Positions 23,800 through 38,080 of a stretch of 64,000 bases of DNA are shown here, in pieces. The stretch covers positions 2,666,001 through 2,730,000 of the forward strand of contig OZ059896.1 in the NCBI GenBank assembly GCA_964057225.1, given 5' to 3'. A program made the translations under genes and the position numbers. Positions within the stretch are counted from its first letter, which is position 1. Each line of letters opens with the position of its first letter. This stretch comes from Auanema rhodensis (Eukaryota; Animalia; Nematoda). The notes beneath the pieces were generated by a model. That model was not told the origin of the DNA and did not search any database. It worked only from the letters and a program-made list of their open reading frames with translations.

Positions 23800-26700
23800 A
23801 CATTTAATTAGCATAAATTAAAGTTCACGTAAATTTCAAAGTCATGGTTACCATGAACCAATATCAATAAAAATTTGTTTTTAGACTAATATGGACATGG
23901 GGAATCTAATTTTGAAAACCGCATCTCTTTATCTTTCACGTGAAGCGAGTTACATACCAAGTGCACATCACGTGTACATTTAATTAGCATAAAGTAAAGT
24001 TCACGTAAATTTCAAAGTCATGGTTACCATGCACCAATATCAATAAAAATTTGTTTTTAGACTAATATGGACATGGGGAATCCAATTTTGAAAATCGCAT
24101 CTCTTTATCTTTCACGTGAAGCGAGTTACATACCAAGTGCACATCACGTGTACATTTAATTAGCATAAATTAAAGTTCACGTAAATTTCAAAGTCATGGT
24201 TACCATGAACCAATATCAATAAAAATTTGTTTTTAGACTAATATGGACATGGGGAATCTAATTTTGAAAACCGCATCTCTTTATCTTTCACGTGAAGCGA
24301 GTTACATACCAAGTGCACATCACGTGTACATTTAATTAGCATAAATTAAAGTTCACGTAAATTTCAAAGTTATGGTTACCATGCACCAATATTAATAAAA
24401 ATTTGTTTTTAGACTAATATGGACATGGGGAATCTAATTTTGAAAACCGCATCTCTTTATCTTTCACGTGAAGCGAGTTACATACCAAGTGCACATCACG
24501 TGTACATTTAATTAGCATAAATTAAAGTTCACGTAAATTTCAAAGTCATGGTTACCATGAACCAATATCAATAAAAATTTGTTTTTAGACTAATATGGAC
24601 ATGGGGAATCTAATTTTGAAAACCGCATCTCTTTATCTTTCACGTGAAGCGAGTTACATACCAAGTGCACATCACGTGTACATTTAATTAGCATAAATTA
24701 AAGTTCACGTAAATTTCAAAGTCATGGTTACCATGCACCAATATCAATAAAAATTTGTTTTTAGACTAATATGGACACGGAGAATCTAATTTTGAAAACC
24801 GCATCTCTTTATCTTTCACATGAAGCGAGTTACATACCAAGTGCACATCACGTGTACATTTAATTAGCATAAATTAAAGTTCACGTAAATTTCAAAGTCA
24901 TGGTTACCATGCACCAATATCAATAAAAATTTGTTTTTAGACTAATATGGACATGGGGAATCTAATTTTGAAAACCGCATCTCTTTATCTTTCACGTGAA
25001 GCGAGTTACATACCAAGTGCACATCACGTGTACATTTAATTAGCATAAATTAAAGTTCACGTAAATTTCAAAGTCATGGTTACCATGAACCAATATCAAT
25101 AAAAATTTGTTTTTAGACTAATATGAACATGGGGAATCTAATTTTGAAAACCGCATCTCTTTATCTTTCACGTGAAGCGAGTTACATACCAAGTGCACAT
25201 CACGTGTACATTTAATTAGCATAAAGTAAAGTTCACGTAAATTTCAAAGTCATGGTTACCATGCACCAATATCAATAAAAATTTGTTTTTAGACTAATAT
25301 GGACATGGGGAATCTAATTTTGAAAATCGCATCTCTTTATCTTTCACGTGAAGCGAGTTACATACCAAGTGCACATCACGTGTACATTTAATTAGCATAA
25401 ATTAAAGTTCACGTAAATTTCAAAGTCATGGTTACCATGAACCAATATCAATAAAAATTTGTTTTTAGACTAATATGGACATGGGGAATCTAATTTTGAA
25501 AACCGCATCTCTTTATCTTTCACGTGAAGCGAGTTACATACCAAGTGCACATCACGTGTACATTTAATTAGCATAAATTAAAGTTCACGTAAATTTCAAA
25601 GTTATGGTTACCATGCACCAATATTAATAAAAATTTGTTTTTAGACTAATATGGACATGGGGAATCTAATTTTGAAAACCGCATCTCTTTATCTTTCACG
25701 TGAAGCGAGTTACATACCAAGTGCACATCACGTGTACATTTAATTATCATAAATTAAAGTTCACGTAAATTTCAAAGTCATGGTTACCATGAACCAATAT
25801 CAATAAAAATTTGTTTTTAGACTAATATGGACATGGGGAATCTAATTTTGAAAACCGCATCTCTTTATCTTTCACGTGAAGCGAGTTACATACCAAGTGC
25901 ACATCACGTGTACATTTAATTAGCATAAATTAAAGTTCACGTAAATTTCAAAGTCATGGTTACCATGCACCAATATCAATAAAAATTTGTTTTTAGACTA
26001 ATATGGACACGGAGAATCTAATTTTGAAAACCGCATCTCTTTATCTTTCACGTGAAGCGAGTTACATACCAAGTGCACATCACGTGTACATTTAATTAGC
26101 ATAAATTAAAGTTCACGTAAATTTCAAAGTCATGGTTACCATGCACCAATATCAATAAAAATTTGTTTTTAGACTAATATGGACATGGGGAATCTAATTT
26201 TGAAAATCGCATCTCTTTATCTTTCACGTGAAGCGAGTTACATACCAAGTGCACATCACGTGTACATTTAATTAGCATAAATTAAAGTTCACGTAAATTT
26301 CAAAGTCATGGTTACCATGAACCAATATCAATAAAAATTTGTTTTTAGACTAATATGGACATGGGGAATCTAATTTTGAAAACCGCATCTCTTTATCTTT
26401 CAAGTGAAGCGAGTTACATACCAAGTGCACATCACGTGTACATTTAATTAGCATAAATTAAAGTTCACGTAAATTTCAAAGTCATGGTTACCATGCACCA
26501 ATATCAATAAAAATTTGTTTTTAGACTAATATGGACATGGGGAATCTAATTTTGAAAACCGCATCTCTTTATCTTTCACGTGAAGCGAGTTACATACCAA
26601 GTGCACATCACGTGTACATTTAATTAGCATAAATTAAAGTTCACGTAAATTTCAAAGTCATGGTTACCATGCACCAATATCAATAAAAATTTGTTTTTAG

Positions 26701-29700
26701 ACTAATATGAACATGGGGAATCTAATTTTGAAAACCGCATCTCTTTATCTTTCACCTGAAGCGAGTTACATACCAAGTGCACATAACGTGTACATTTAAT
26801 TAGCATAAATTAAAGTTCACGTAAATTTCAAAGTCATGGTTACCATGAACCAATATCAATAAAAATTTGTTTTCAGACTAATTTGGACATGGGGAATCTA
26901 ATTTTGAAAACCGCATCTCTTTATCTTTCAAGTGAAGCGAGTTACATACCAAGTGCACATCACGTGTACATTTAATTAGCATAAATTAAAGTTCACGTAA
27001 ATTTCAAAGTCATGGTTACCATGCACCAATATCAATAAAAATTTGTTTTTAGACTAATATGGACACGGAGAATCTAATTTTGAAAACCGCATCTCTTTAT
27101 CTTTCACGTGAAGCGAGTTACATACCAAGTGCACATCACGTGTACATTTAATTAGCATAAATTAAAGTTCACGTAAATTTCAAAGTCATGGTTACCATGC
27201 ACCAATATCAATAAAAATTTGTTTTTAGACTAATATGGACATGGGGAATCTAATTTTGAAAACCGCATCTCTTTATCTTTCACGTGAAGCGAGTTACATA
27301 CCAAGTGCACATCACGTGTACATTTAATTAGCATAAATTAAAGTTCACGTAAATTTCAAAGTCATGGTTACCATGAACCAATATCAATAAAAATTTGATT
27401 TTAGACTAATATGGACATGGGGAATCTAATTTTGAAAACCGCATCTCTTTATCTTTCACGTGAAGCGAGTTACATACCAAGTGCACATCACGTGTACATT
27501 TAATTAGCATAAAGTAAAGTTCACGTAAATTTCAAAGTCATGGTTACCATGCACCAATATCAATAAAAATTTGTTTTTAGACTAATATGGACATGGGGAA
27601 TCTAATTTTGAAAATCGCATCTCTTTATCTTTCACGTGAAGCGAGTTACATACCAAGTGCACATCACGTGTACATTTAATTAGCATAAATTAAAGTTCAC
27701 GTAAATTTCAAAGTCATGGTTACCATGAACCAATATCAATAAAAATTTGTTTTTAGACTAATATGGACATGGGGAATCTAATTTTGAAAACCGCATCTCT
27801 TTATCTTTCACGTGAAGCGAGTTACATACCAAGTGCACATCACGTGTACATTTAATTAGCATAAATTAAAGTTCACGTAAATTTCAAAGTTATGGTTACC
27901 ATGCACCAATATTAATAAAAATTTGTTTTTAGACTAATATGGACATGGGGAATCTAATTTTGAAAACCGCATCTCTTTATCTTTCACGTGAAGCGAGTTA
28001 CATACCAAGTGCACATCACGTGTACATTTAATTATCATAAATTAAAGTTCACGTAAATTTCAAAGTCATGGTTACCATGAACCAATATCAATAAAAATTT
28101 GTTTTTAGACTAATATGGACATGGGGAATCTAATTTTGAAAACCGCATCTCTTTATCTTTCACGTGAAGCGAGTTACATACCAAGTGCACATCACGTGTA
28201 CATTTAATTAGCATAAATTAAAGTTCACGTAAATTTCAAAGTCATGGTTACCATGCACCAATATCAATAAAAATTTGTTTTTAGACTAATATGGACACGG
28301 AGAATCTAATTTTGAAAACCGCATCTCTTTATCTTTCACGTGAAGCGAGTTACATACCAAGTGCACATCACGTGTACATTTAATTAGCATAAATTAAAGT
28401 TCACGTAAATTTCAAAGTCATGGTTACCATGCACCAATATCAATAAAAATTTGTTTTTAGACTAATATGGACATGGGGAATCTAATTTTGAAAATCGCAT
28501 CTCTTTATCTTTCACGTGAAGCGAGTTACATACCAAGTGCACATCACGTGTACATTTAATTAGCATAAATTAAAGTTCACGTAAATTTCAAAGTCATGGT
28601 TACCATGAACCAATATCAATAAAAATTTGTTTTTAGACTAATATGGACATGGGGAATCTAATTTTGAAAACCGCATCTCTTTATCTTTCAAGTGAAGCGA
28701 GTTACATACCAAGTGCACATCACGTGTACATTTAATTAGCATAAATTAAAGTTCACGTAAATTTCAAAGTCATGGTTACCATGCACCAATATCAATAAAA
28801 ATTTGTTTTTAGACTAATATGGACATGGGGAATCTAATTTTGAAAACCGCATCTCTTTATCTTTCACGTGAAGCGAGTTACATACCAAGTGCACATCACG
28901 TGTACATTTAATTAGCATAAATTAAAGTTCACGTAAATTTCAAAGTCATGGTTACCATGAACCAATATCAATAAAAATTTGTTTTTAGACTAATATGGAC
29001 ATGGGGAATCTAATTTTGAAAACCGCATCTATTCATCTTTCACGTGAAGCGAGTTACATACCAAGTGCACATCACGTGTACATTTAATTAGCATAAAGTA
29101 AAGTTCACGTAAATTTCAAAGTCATGGTTACCATGCACCAATATCAATAAAAATTTGTTTTTAGACTAATATGGACATGGGGAATCTAATTTTGAAAATC
29201 GCATCTCTTTATCTTTCACGTGAAGCGAGTTACATACCAAGTGCACATCACGTGTACATTTAATTAGCATAAATTAAAGTTCACGTAAATTTCAAAGTCA
29301 TGGTTACCATGCACCAATATCAATAAAAATTTGTTTTTAGACTAATATGGACACGGAGAATCTAATTTTGAAAACCGCATCTCTTTATCTTTCACGTGAA
29401 GCGAGTTACATACCAAGTGCACATCACGTGTACATTTAATTAGCATAAATTAAAGTTCACGTAAATTTCAAAGTCATGGTTACCATGAACCAATATCAAT
29501 AAAAATTTGTTTTTAGACTAATATGGACATGGGGAATCTAATTTTGAAAACCGCATCTCTTTATCTTTCACGTGAAGCGAGTTACATACCAAGTGCACAT
29601 CACGTGTACATTTAATTAGCATAAAGTAAAGTTCACGTAAATTTCAAAGTCATGGTTACCATGCACCAATATCAATAAAAATTTGTTTTTAGACTAATAT

Positions 29701-32700
29701 GGACATGGGGAATCCAATTTTGAAAATCGCATCTCTTTATCTTTCACGTGAAGCGAGTTACATACCAAGTGCACATCACGTGTACATTTAATTAGCATAA
29801 ATTAAAGTTCACGTAAATTTCAAAGTCATGGTTACCATGAACCAATATCAATAAAAATTTGTTTTTAGACTAATATGGACATGGGGAATCTAATTTTGAA
29901 AACCGCATCTCTTTATCTTTCACGTGAAGCGAGTTACATACCAAGTGCACATCACGTGTACATTTAATTAGCATAAATTAAAGTTCACGTAAATTTCAAA
30001 GTTATGGTTACCATGCACCAATATTAATAAAAATTTGTTTTTAGACTAATATGGACATGGGGAATCTAATTTTGAAAACCGCATCTCTTTATCTTTCACG
30101 TGAAGCGAGTTACATACCAAGTGCACATCACGTGTACATTTAATTAGCATAAATTAAAGTTCACGTAAATTTCAAAGTCATGGTTACCATGAACCAATAT
30201 CAATAAAAATTTGTTTTTAGACTAATATGGACATGGGGAATCTAATTTTGAAAACCGCATCTCTTTATCTTTCACGTGAAGCGAGTTACATACCAAGTGC
30301 ACATCACGTGTACATTTAATTAGCATAAATTAAAGTTCACGTAAATTTCAAAGTCATGGTTACCATGCACCAATATCAATAAAAATTTGTTTTTAGACTA
30401 ATATGGACACGGAGAATCTAATTTTGAAAACCGCATCTCTTTATCTTTCACATGAAGCGAGTTACATACCAAGTGCACATCACGTGTACATTTAATTAGC
30501 ATAAATTAAAGTTCACGTAAATTTCAAAGTCATGGTTACCATGCACCAATATCAATAAAAATTTGTTTTTAGACTAATATGGACATGGGGAATCTAATTT
30601 TGAAAACCGCATCTCTTTATCTTTCACGTGAAGCGAGTTACATACCAAGTGCACATCACGTGTACATTTAATTAGCATAAATTAAAGTTCACGTAAATTT
30701 CAAAGTCATGGTTACCATGAACCAATATCAATAAAAATTTGTTTTTAGACTAATATGGACATGGGGAATCTAATTTTGAAAACCGCATCTCTTTATCTTT
30801 CACGTGAAGCGAGTTACATACCAAGTGCACATCACGTGTACATTTAATTAGCATAAAGTAAAGTTCACGTAAATTTCAAAGTCATGGTTACCATGCACCA
30901 ATATCAATAAAAATTTGTTTTTAGACTAATATGGACATGGGGAATCTAATTTTGAAAATCGCATCTCTTTATCTTTCACGTGAAGCGAGTTACATACCAA
31001 GTGCACATCACGTGTACATTTAATTAGCATAAATTAAAGTTCACGTAAATTTCAAAGTCATGGTTACCATGAACCAATATCAATAAAAATTTGTTTTTAG
31101 ACTAATATGGACATGGGGAATCTAATTTTGAAAACCGCATCTCTTTATCTTTCACGTGAAGCGAGTTACATACCAAGTGCACATCACGTGTACATTTAAT
31201 TAGCATAAATTAAAGTTCACGTAAATTTCAAAGTTATGGTTACCATGCACCAATATTAATAAAAATTTGTTTTTAGACTAATATGGACATGGGGAATCTA
31301 ATTTTGAAAACCGCATCTCTTTATCTTTCACGTGAAGCGAGTTACATACCAAGTGCACATCACGTGTACATTTAATTATCATAAATTAAAGTTCACGTAA
31401 ATTTCAAAGTCATGGTTACCATGAACCAATATCAATAAAAATTTGTTTTTAGACTAATATGGACATGGGGAATCTAATTTTGAAAACCGCATCTCTTTAT
31501 CTTTCACGTGAAGCGAGTTACATACCAAGTGCACATCACGTGTACATTTAATTAGCATAAATTAAAGTTCACGTAAATTTCAAAGTCATGGTTACCATGC
31601 ACCAATATCAATAAAAATTTGTTTTTAGACTAATATGGACACGGAGAATCTAATTTTGAAAACCGCATCTCTTTATCTTTCACGTGAAGCGAGTTACATA
31701 CCAAGTGCACATCACGTGTACATTTAATTAGCATAAATTAAAGTTCACGTAAATTTCAAAGTCATGGTTACCATGCACCAATATCAATAAAAATTTGTTT
31801 TTAGACTAATATGGACATGGGGAATCTAATTTTGAAAATCGCATCTCTTTATCTTTCACGTGAAGCGAGTTACATACCAAGTGCACATCACGTGTACATT
31901 TAATTAGCATAAATTAAAGTTCACGTAAATTTCAAAGTCATGGTTACCATGAACCAATATCAATAAAAATTTGTTTTTAGACTAATATGGACATGGGGAA
32001 TCTAATTTTGAAAACCGCATCTCTTTATCTTTCAAGTGAAGCGAGTTACATACCAAGTGCACATCACGTGTACATTTAATTAGCATAAATTAAAGTTCAC
32101 GTAAATTTCAAAGTCATGGTTACCATGCACCAATATCAATAAAAATTTGTTTTTAGACTAATATGGACATGGGGAATCTAATTTTGAAAACCGCATCTCT
32201 TTATCTTTCACGTGAAGCGAGTTACATACCAAGTGCACATCACGTGTACATTTAATTAGCATAAATTAAAGTTCACGTAAATTTCAAAGTCATGGTTACC
32301 ATGCACCAATATCAATAAAAATTTGTTTTTAGACTAATATGAACATGGGGAATCTAATTTTGAAAACCGCATCTCTTTATCTTTCACCTGAAGCGAGTTA
32401 CATACCAAGTGCACATAACGTGTACATTTAATTAGCATAAATTAAAGTTCACGTAAATTTCAAAGTCATGGTTACCATGAACCAATATCAATAAAAATTT
32501 GTTTTCAGACTAATTTGGACATGGGGAATCTAATTTTGAAAACCGCATCTCTTTATCTTTCAAGTGAAGCGAGTTACATACCAAGTGCACATCACGTGTA
32601 CATTTAATTAGCATAAATTAAAGTTCACGTAAATTTCAAAGTCATGGTTACCATGCACCAATATCAATAAAAATTTGTTTTTAGACTAATATGGACACGG

Positions 32701-34500
32701 AGAATCTAATTTTGAAAACCGCATCTCTTTATCTTTCACGTGAAGCGAGTTACATACCAAGTGCACATCACGTGTACATTTAATTAGCATAAATTAAAGT
32801 TCACGTAAATTTCAAAGTCATGGTTACCATGCACCAATATCAATAAAAATTTGTTTTTAGACTAATATGGACATGGGGAATCTAATTTTGAAAACCGCAT
32901 CTCTTTATCTTTCACGTGAAGCGAGTTACATACCAAGTGCACATCACGTGTACATTTAATTAGCATAAATTAAAGTTCACGTAAATTTCAAAGTCATGGT
33001 TACCATGAACCAATATCAATAAAAATTTGATTTTAGACTAATATGGACATGGGGAATCTAATTTTGAAAACCGCATCTCTTTATCTTTCACGTGAAGCGA
33101 GTTACATACCAAGTGCACATCACGTGTACATTTAATTAGCATAAAGTAAAGTTCACGTAAATTTCAAAGTCATGGTTACCATGCACCAATATCAATAAAA
33201 ATTTGTTTTTAGACTAATATGGACATGGGGAATCTAATTTTGAAAATCGCATCTCTTTATCTTTCACGTGAAGCGAGTTACATACCAAGTGCACATCACG
33301 TGTACATTTAATTAGCATAAATTAAAGTTCACGTAAATTTCAAAGTCATGGTTACCATGAACCAATATCAATAAAAATTTGTTTTTAGACTAATATGGAC
33401 ATGGGGAATCTAATTTTGAAAACCGCATCTCTTTATCTTTCACGTGAAGCGAGTTACATACCAAGTGCACATCACGTGTACATTTAATTAGCATAAATTA
33501 AAGTTCACGTAAATTTCAAAGTTATGGTTACCATGCACCAATATTAATAAAAATTTGTTTTTAGACTAATATGGACATGGGGAATCTAATTTTGAAAACC
33601 GCATCTCTTTATCTTTCACGTGAAGCGAGTTACATACCAAGTGCACATCACGTGTACATTTAATTATCATAAATTAAAGTTCACGTAAATTTCAAAGTCA
33701 TGGTTACCATGAACCAATATCAATAAAAATTTGTTTTTAGACTAATATGGACATGGGGAATCTAATTTTGAAAACCGCATCTCTTTATCTTTCACGTGAA
33801 GCGAGTTACATACCAAGTGCACATCACGTGTACATTTAATTAGCATAAATTAAAGTTCACGTAAATTTCAAAGTCATGGTTACCATGCACCAATATCAAT
33901 AAAAATTTGTTTTTAGACTAATATGGACACGGAGAATCTAATTTTGAAAACCGCATCTCTTTATCTTTCACGTGAAGCGAGTTACATACCAAGTGCACAT
34001 CACGTGTACATTTAATTAGCATAAATTAAAGTTCACGTAAATTTCAAAGTCATGGTTACCATGCACCAATATCAATAAAAATTTGTTTTTAGACTAATAT
34101 GGACATGGGGAATCTAATTTTGAAAATCGCATCTCTTTATCTTTCACGTGAAGCGAGTTACATACCAAGTGCACATCACGTGTACATTTAATTAGCATAA
34201 ATTAAAGTTCACGTAAATTTCAAAGTCATGGTTACCATGAACCAATATCAATAAAAATTTGTTTTTAGACTAATATGGACATGGGGAATCTAATTTTGAA
34301 AACCGCATCTCTTTATCTTTCAAGTGAAGCGAGTTACATACCAAGTGCACATCACGTGTACATTTAATTAGCATAAATTAAAGTTCACGTAAATTTCAAA
34401 GTCATGGTTACCATGCACCAATATCAATAAAAATTTGTTTTTAGACTAATATGGACATGGGGAATCTAATTTTGAAAACCGCATCTCTTTATCTTTCACG
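23800..34500. repeat. 32-monomer (5632-bp) duplication containing nested 7-mer and 13-mer duplications, approximate bounds
   Basis: AATCCAATT (24083/29715), TTCACATG (24820/30452), TTCACCTG (26756/32388) and TTTGATTT (27398/33030) are all offset by 5632 = 32x176. Confidence 0.92.
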
Positions 34501-37500
34501 TGAAGCGAGTTACATACCAAGTGCACATAACGTGTACATTTAATTAGCATAAATTAAAGTACACGTAAATTTCAAAGTCATGGTTACCATGAACCAATAT
34601 CAATAAAAATTTGTTTTCAGACTAATTTGGACATGGGGAATCTAATTTTGAAAACCGCATCTCTTTATCTTTCAAGTGAAGCGAGTTACATACCAAGTGC
34701 ACATCACGTGTACATTTAATTAGCATAAATTAAAGTTCACGTAAATTTCAAAGTCATGGTTACCATGAACCAATATCAATAAAAATTTGTTTTTAAACTA
34801 ATATGGACATGGGGAATCTAATTTTGAAAACCGCATCTCTTTATCTTTCACGTGAAGCGAGTTACATACCTAGTGCACATCACGTGTACATTTAATTAGC
34901 ATAAATTAAAGTTCACGTAAATTTCAAAGTCATGGTTACCATGAACCAATATCAATACAAATTTGTTTTTAGACTAATATGGACATGGGGAATCTAATTT
35001 TGAAAATCGCATCTCTTTATCTTTCACGTGAAGCGAGTTACATACCAAGTGCACATCACGTGTACAGTTAATTAGCATAAATTAAAGTTCACGTAAATTT
35101 CAAAGTCATGGTTACCATGAACCAATATCAATAAAAATTTGTTTTTAGACTAATATGGACATGGGGAATCTAATTTTGAAAACCGCATCTCTTTATCTTT
35201 CACGTGAAGCGAGTTACATACCAAGTGCACATCATGTGTACATTTAATTAGCATAAAGTAAAGTTCACGTAAATTTCAAAGTCATGGTTACCATGCACCA
35301 ATATCAATAAAAATTTGTTTTTAGACTAATATGGACATGGGGAATCTAATTTTGAAAATCGCATCTCTTTATCTTTCACGTGAAGCGAGTTACATACCAA
35401 GTGCACATCACGTGTACATTTAATTAGCATAAATTAAAGTTCACGTAAATTTCAAAGTCATGGTTACCATGAACCAATATCAATAAAAATTTGTTTTTAG
35501 ACTAATATGGACATGGGGAATCTAATTTTGAAAACCGCATCTCTTTATCTTTCACGTGAAGCGAGTTACATACCAAGTGCACATCACGTGTACATTTAAT
35601 TAGCATAAATTAAAGTTCACGTAAATTTCAAAGTCATGGTTACCATGCACCAATATTAATAAAAATTTGTTTTTAGACTAATATGGACATGGGGAATCTA
35701 ATTTTGAAAACCGCATCTCTTTATCTTTCACGTGAAGCGAGTTACATACCAAGTGCACATCACGTGTACATTTAATTAGCATAAATTAAAGTTCACGTAA
35801 ATTTCAAAGTTATGGTTACCATGCACCAATATTAATAAAAATTTGTTTTTAGACTAATATGGACATGGGGAATCTAATTTTGAAAACCGCATCTCTTTAT
35901 CTTTCACGTGAAGCGAGTTACATACCAAGTGCACATCACGTGTACATTTAATTATCATAAATTAAAGTTCACGTAAATTTCAAAGTCATGGTTACCATGA
36001 ACCAATATCAATAAAAATTTGTTTTTAGACTAATATGGACATGGGGAATCTAATTTTGAAAACCGCATCTCTTTATCTTTCACGTGAAGCGAGTTACATA
36101 CCAAGTGCACATCACGTGTACATTTAATTAGCATAAATTAAAGTTCACGTAAATTTCAAAGTCATGGTTACCATGCACCAATATCAATAAAAATTTGTTT
36201 TTAGACTAATATGGACACGGAGAATCTAATTTTGAAAACCGCATCTCTTTATCTTTCACGTGAAGCGAGTTACATACCAAGTGCACATCACGTGTACATT
36301 TAATTAGCATAAATTAAAGTTCACGTAAATTTCAAAGTCATGGTTACCATGCACCAATATCAATAAAAATTTGTTTTTAGACTAATATGGACATGGGGAA
36401 TCTAATTTTGAAAATCGCATCTCTTTATCTTTCACGTGAAGCGAGTTACATACCAAGTGCACATCACGTGTACATTTAATTAGCATAAATTAAAGTTCAC
36501 GTAAATTTCAAAGTCATGGTTACCATGAACCAATATCAATAAAAATTTGTTTTTAGACTAATATGGACATGGGGAATCTAATTTTGAAAACCGCATCTCT
36601 TTATCTTTCAAGTGAAGCGAGTTACATACCAAGTGCACATCACGTGTACATTTAATTAGCATAAATTAAAGTTCACGTAAATTTCAAAGTCATGGTTACC
36701 ATGCACCAATATCAATAAAAATTTGTTTTTAGACTAATATGGACATGGGGAATCTAATTTTGAAAACCGCATCTCTTTATCTTTCACGTGAAGCGAGTTA
36801 CATACCAAGTGCACATAACGTGTACATTTAATTAGCATAAATTAAAGTACACGTAAATTTCAAAGTCATGGTTACCATGAACCAATATCAATAAAAATTT
36901 GTTTTCAGACTAATTTGGACATGGGGAATCTAATTTTGAAAACCGCATCTCTTTATCTTTCAAGTGAAGCGAGTTACATACCAAGTGCACATCACGTGTA
37001 CATTTAATTAGCATAAATTAAAGTTCACGTAAATTTCAAAGTCATGGTTACCATGAACCAATATCAATAAAAATTTGTTTTTAAACTAATATGGACATGG
37101 GGAATCTAATTTTGAAAACCGCATCTCTTTATCTTTCACGTGAAGCGAGTTACATACCTAGTGCACATCACGTGTACATTTAATTAGCATAAATTAAAGT
37201 TCACGTAAATTTCAAAGTCATGGTTACCATGAACCAATATCAATACAAATTTGTTTTTAGACTAATATGGACATGGGGAATCTAATTTTGAAAATCGCAT
37301 CTCTTTATCTTTCACGTGAAGCGAGTTACATACCAAGTGCACATCACGTGTACAGTTAATTAGCATAAATTAAAGTTCACGTAAATTTCAAAGTCATGGT
37401 TACCATGAACCAATATCAATAAAAATTTGTTTTTAGACTAATATGGACATGGGGAATCTAATTTTGAAAACCGCATCTCTTTATCTTTCACGTGAAGCGA

Positions 37501-38080
37501 GTTACATACCAAGTGCACATCATGTGTACATTTAATTAGCATAAAGTAAAGTTCACGTAAATTTCAAAGTCATGGTTACCATGCACCAATATCAATAAAA
37601 ATTTGTTTTTAGACTAATATGGACATGGGGAATCTAATTTTGAAAATCGCATCTCTTTATCTTTCACGTGAAGCGAGTTACATACCAAGTGCACATCACG
37701 TGTACATTTAATTAGCATAAATTAAAGTTCACGTAAATTTCAAAGTCATGGTTACCATGAACCAATATCAATAAAAATTTGTTTTTAGACTAATATGGAC
37801 ATGGGGAATCTAATTTTGAAAACCGCATCTCTTTATCTTTCACGTGAAGCGAGTTACATACCAAGTGCACATCACGTGTACATTTAATTAGCATAAATTA
37901 AAGTTCACGTAAATTTCAAAGTCATGGTTACCATGCACCAATATTAATAAAAATTTGTTTTTAGACTAATATGGACATGGGGAATCTAATTTTGAAAACC
38001 GCATCTCTTTATCTTTCACGTGAAGCGAGTTACATACCAAGTGCACATCACGTGTACATTTAATTAGCATAAATTAAAGT
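33500..38080. repeat. 13-monomer (2288-bp) block duplication, approximate bounds
   Basis: AATTATCAT (33667/35955), AAGTACAC (34561/36849), CAATACAA (34958/37246) and TACAGTT (35067/37355) are offset by 2288. Confidence 0.92.
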
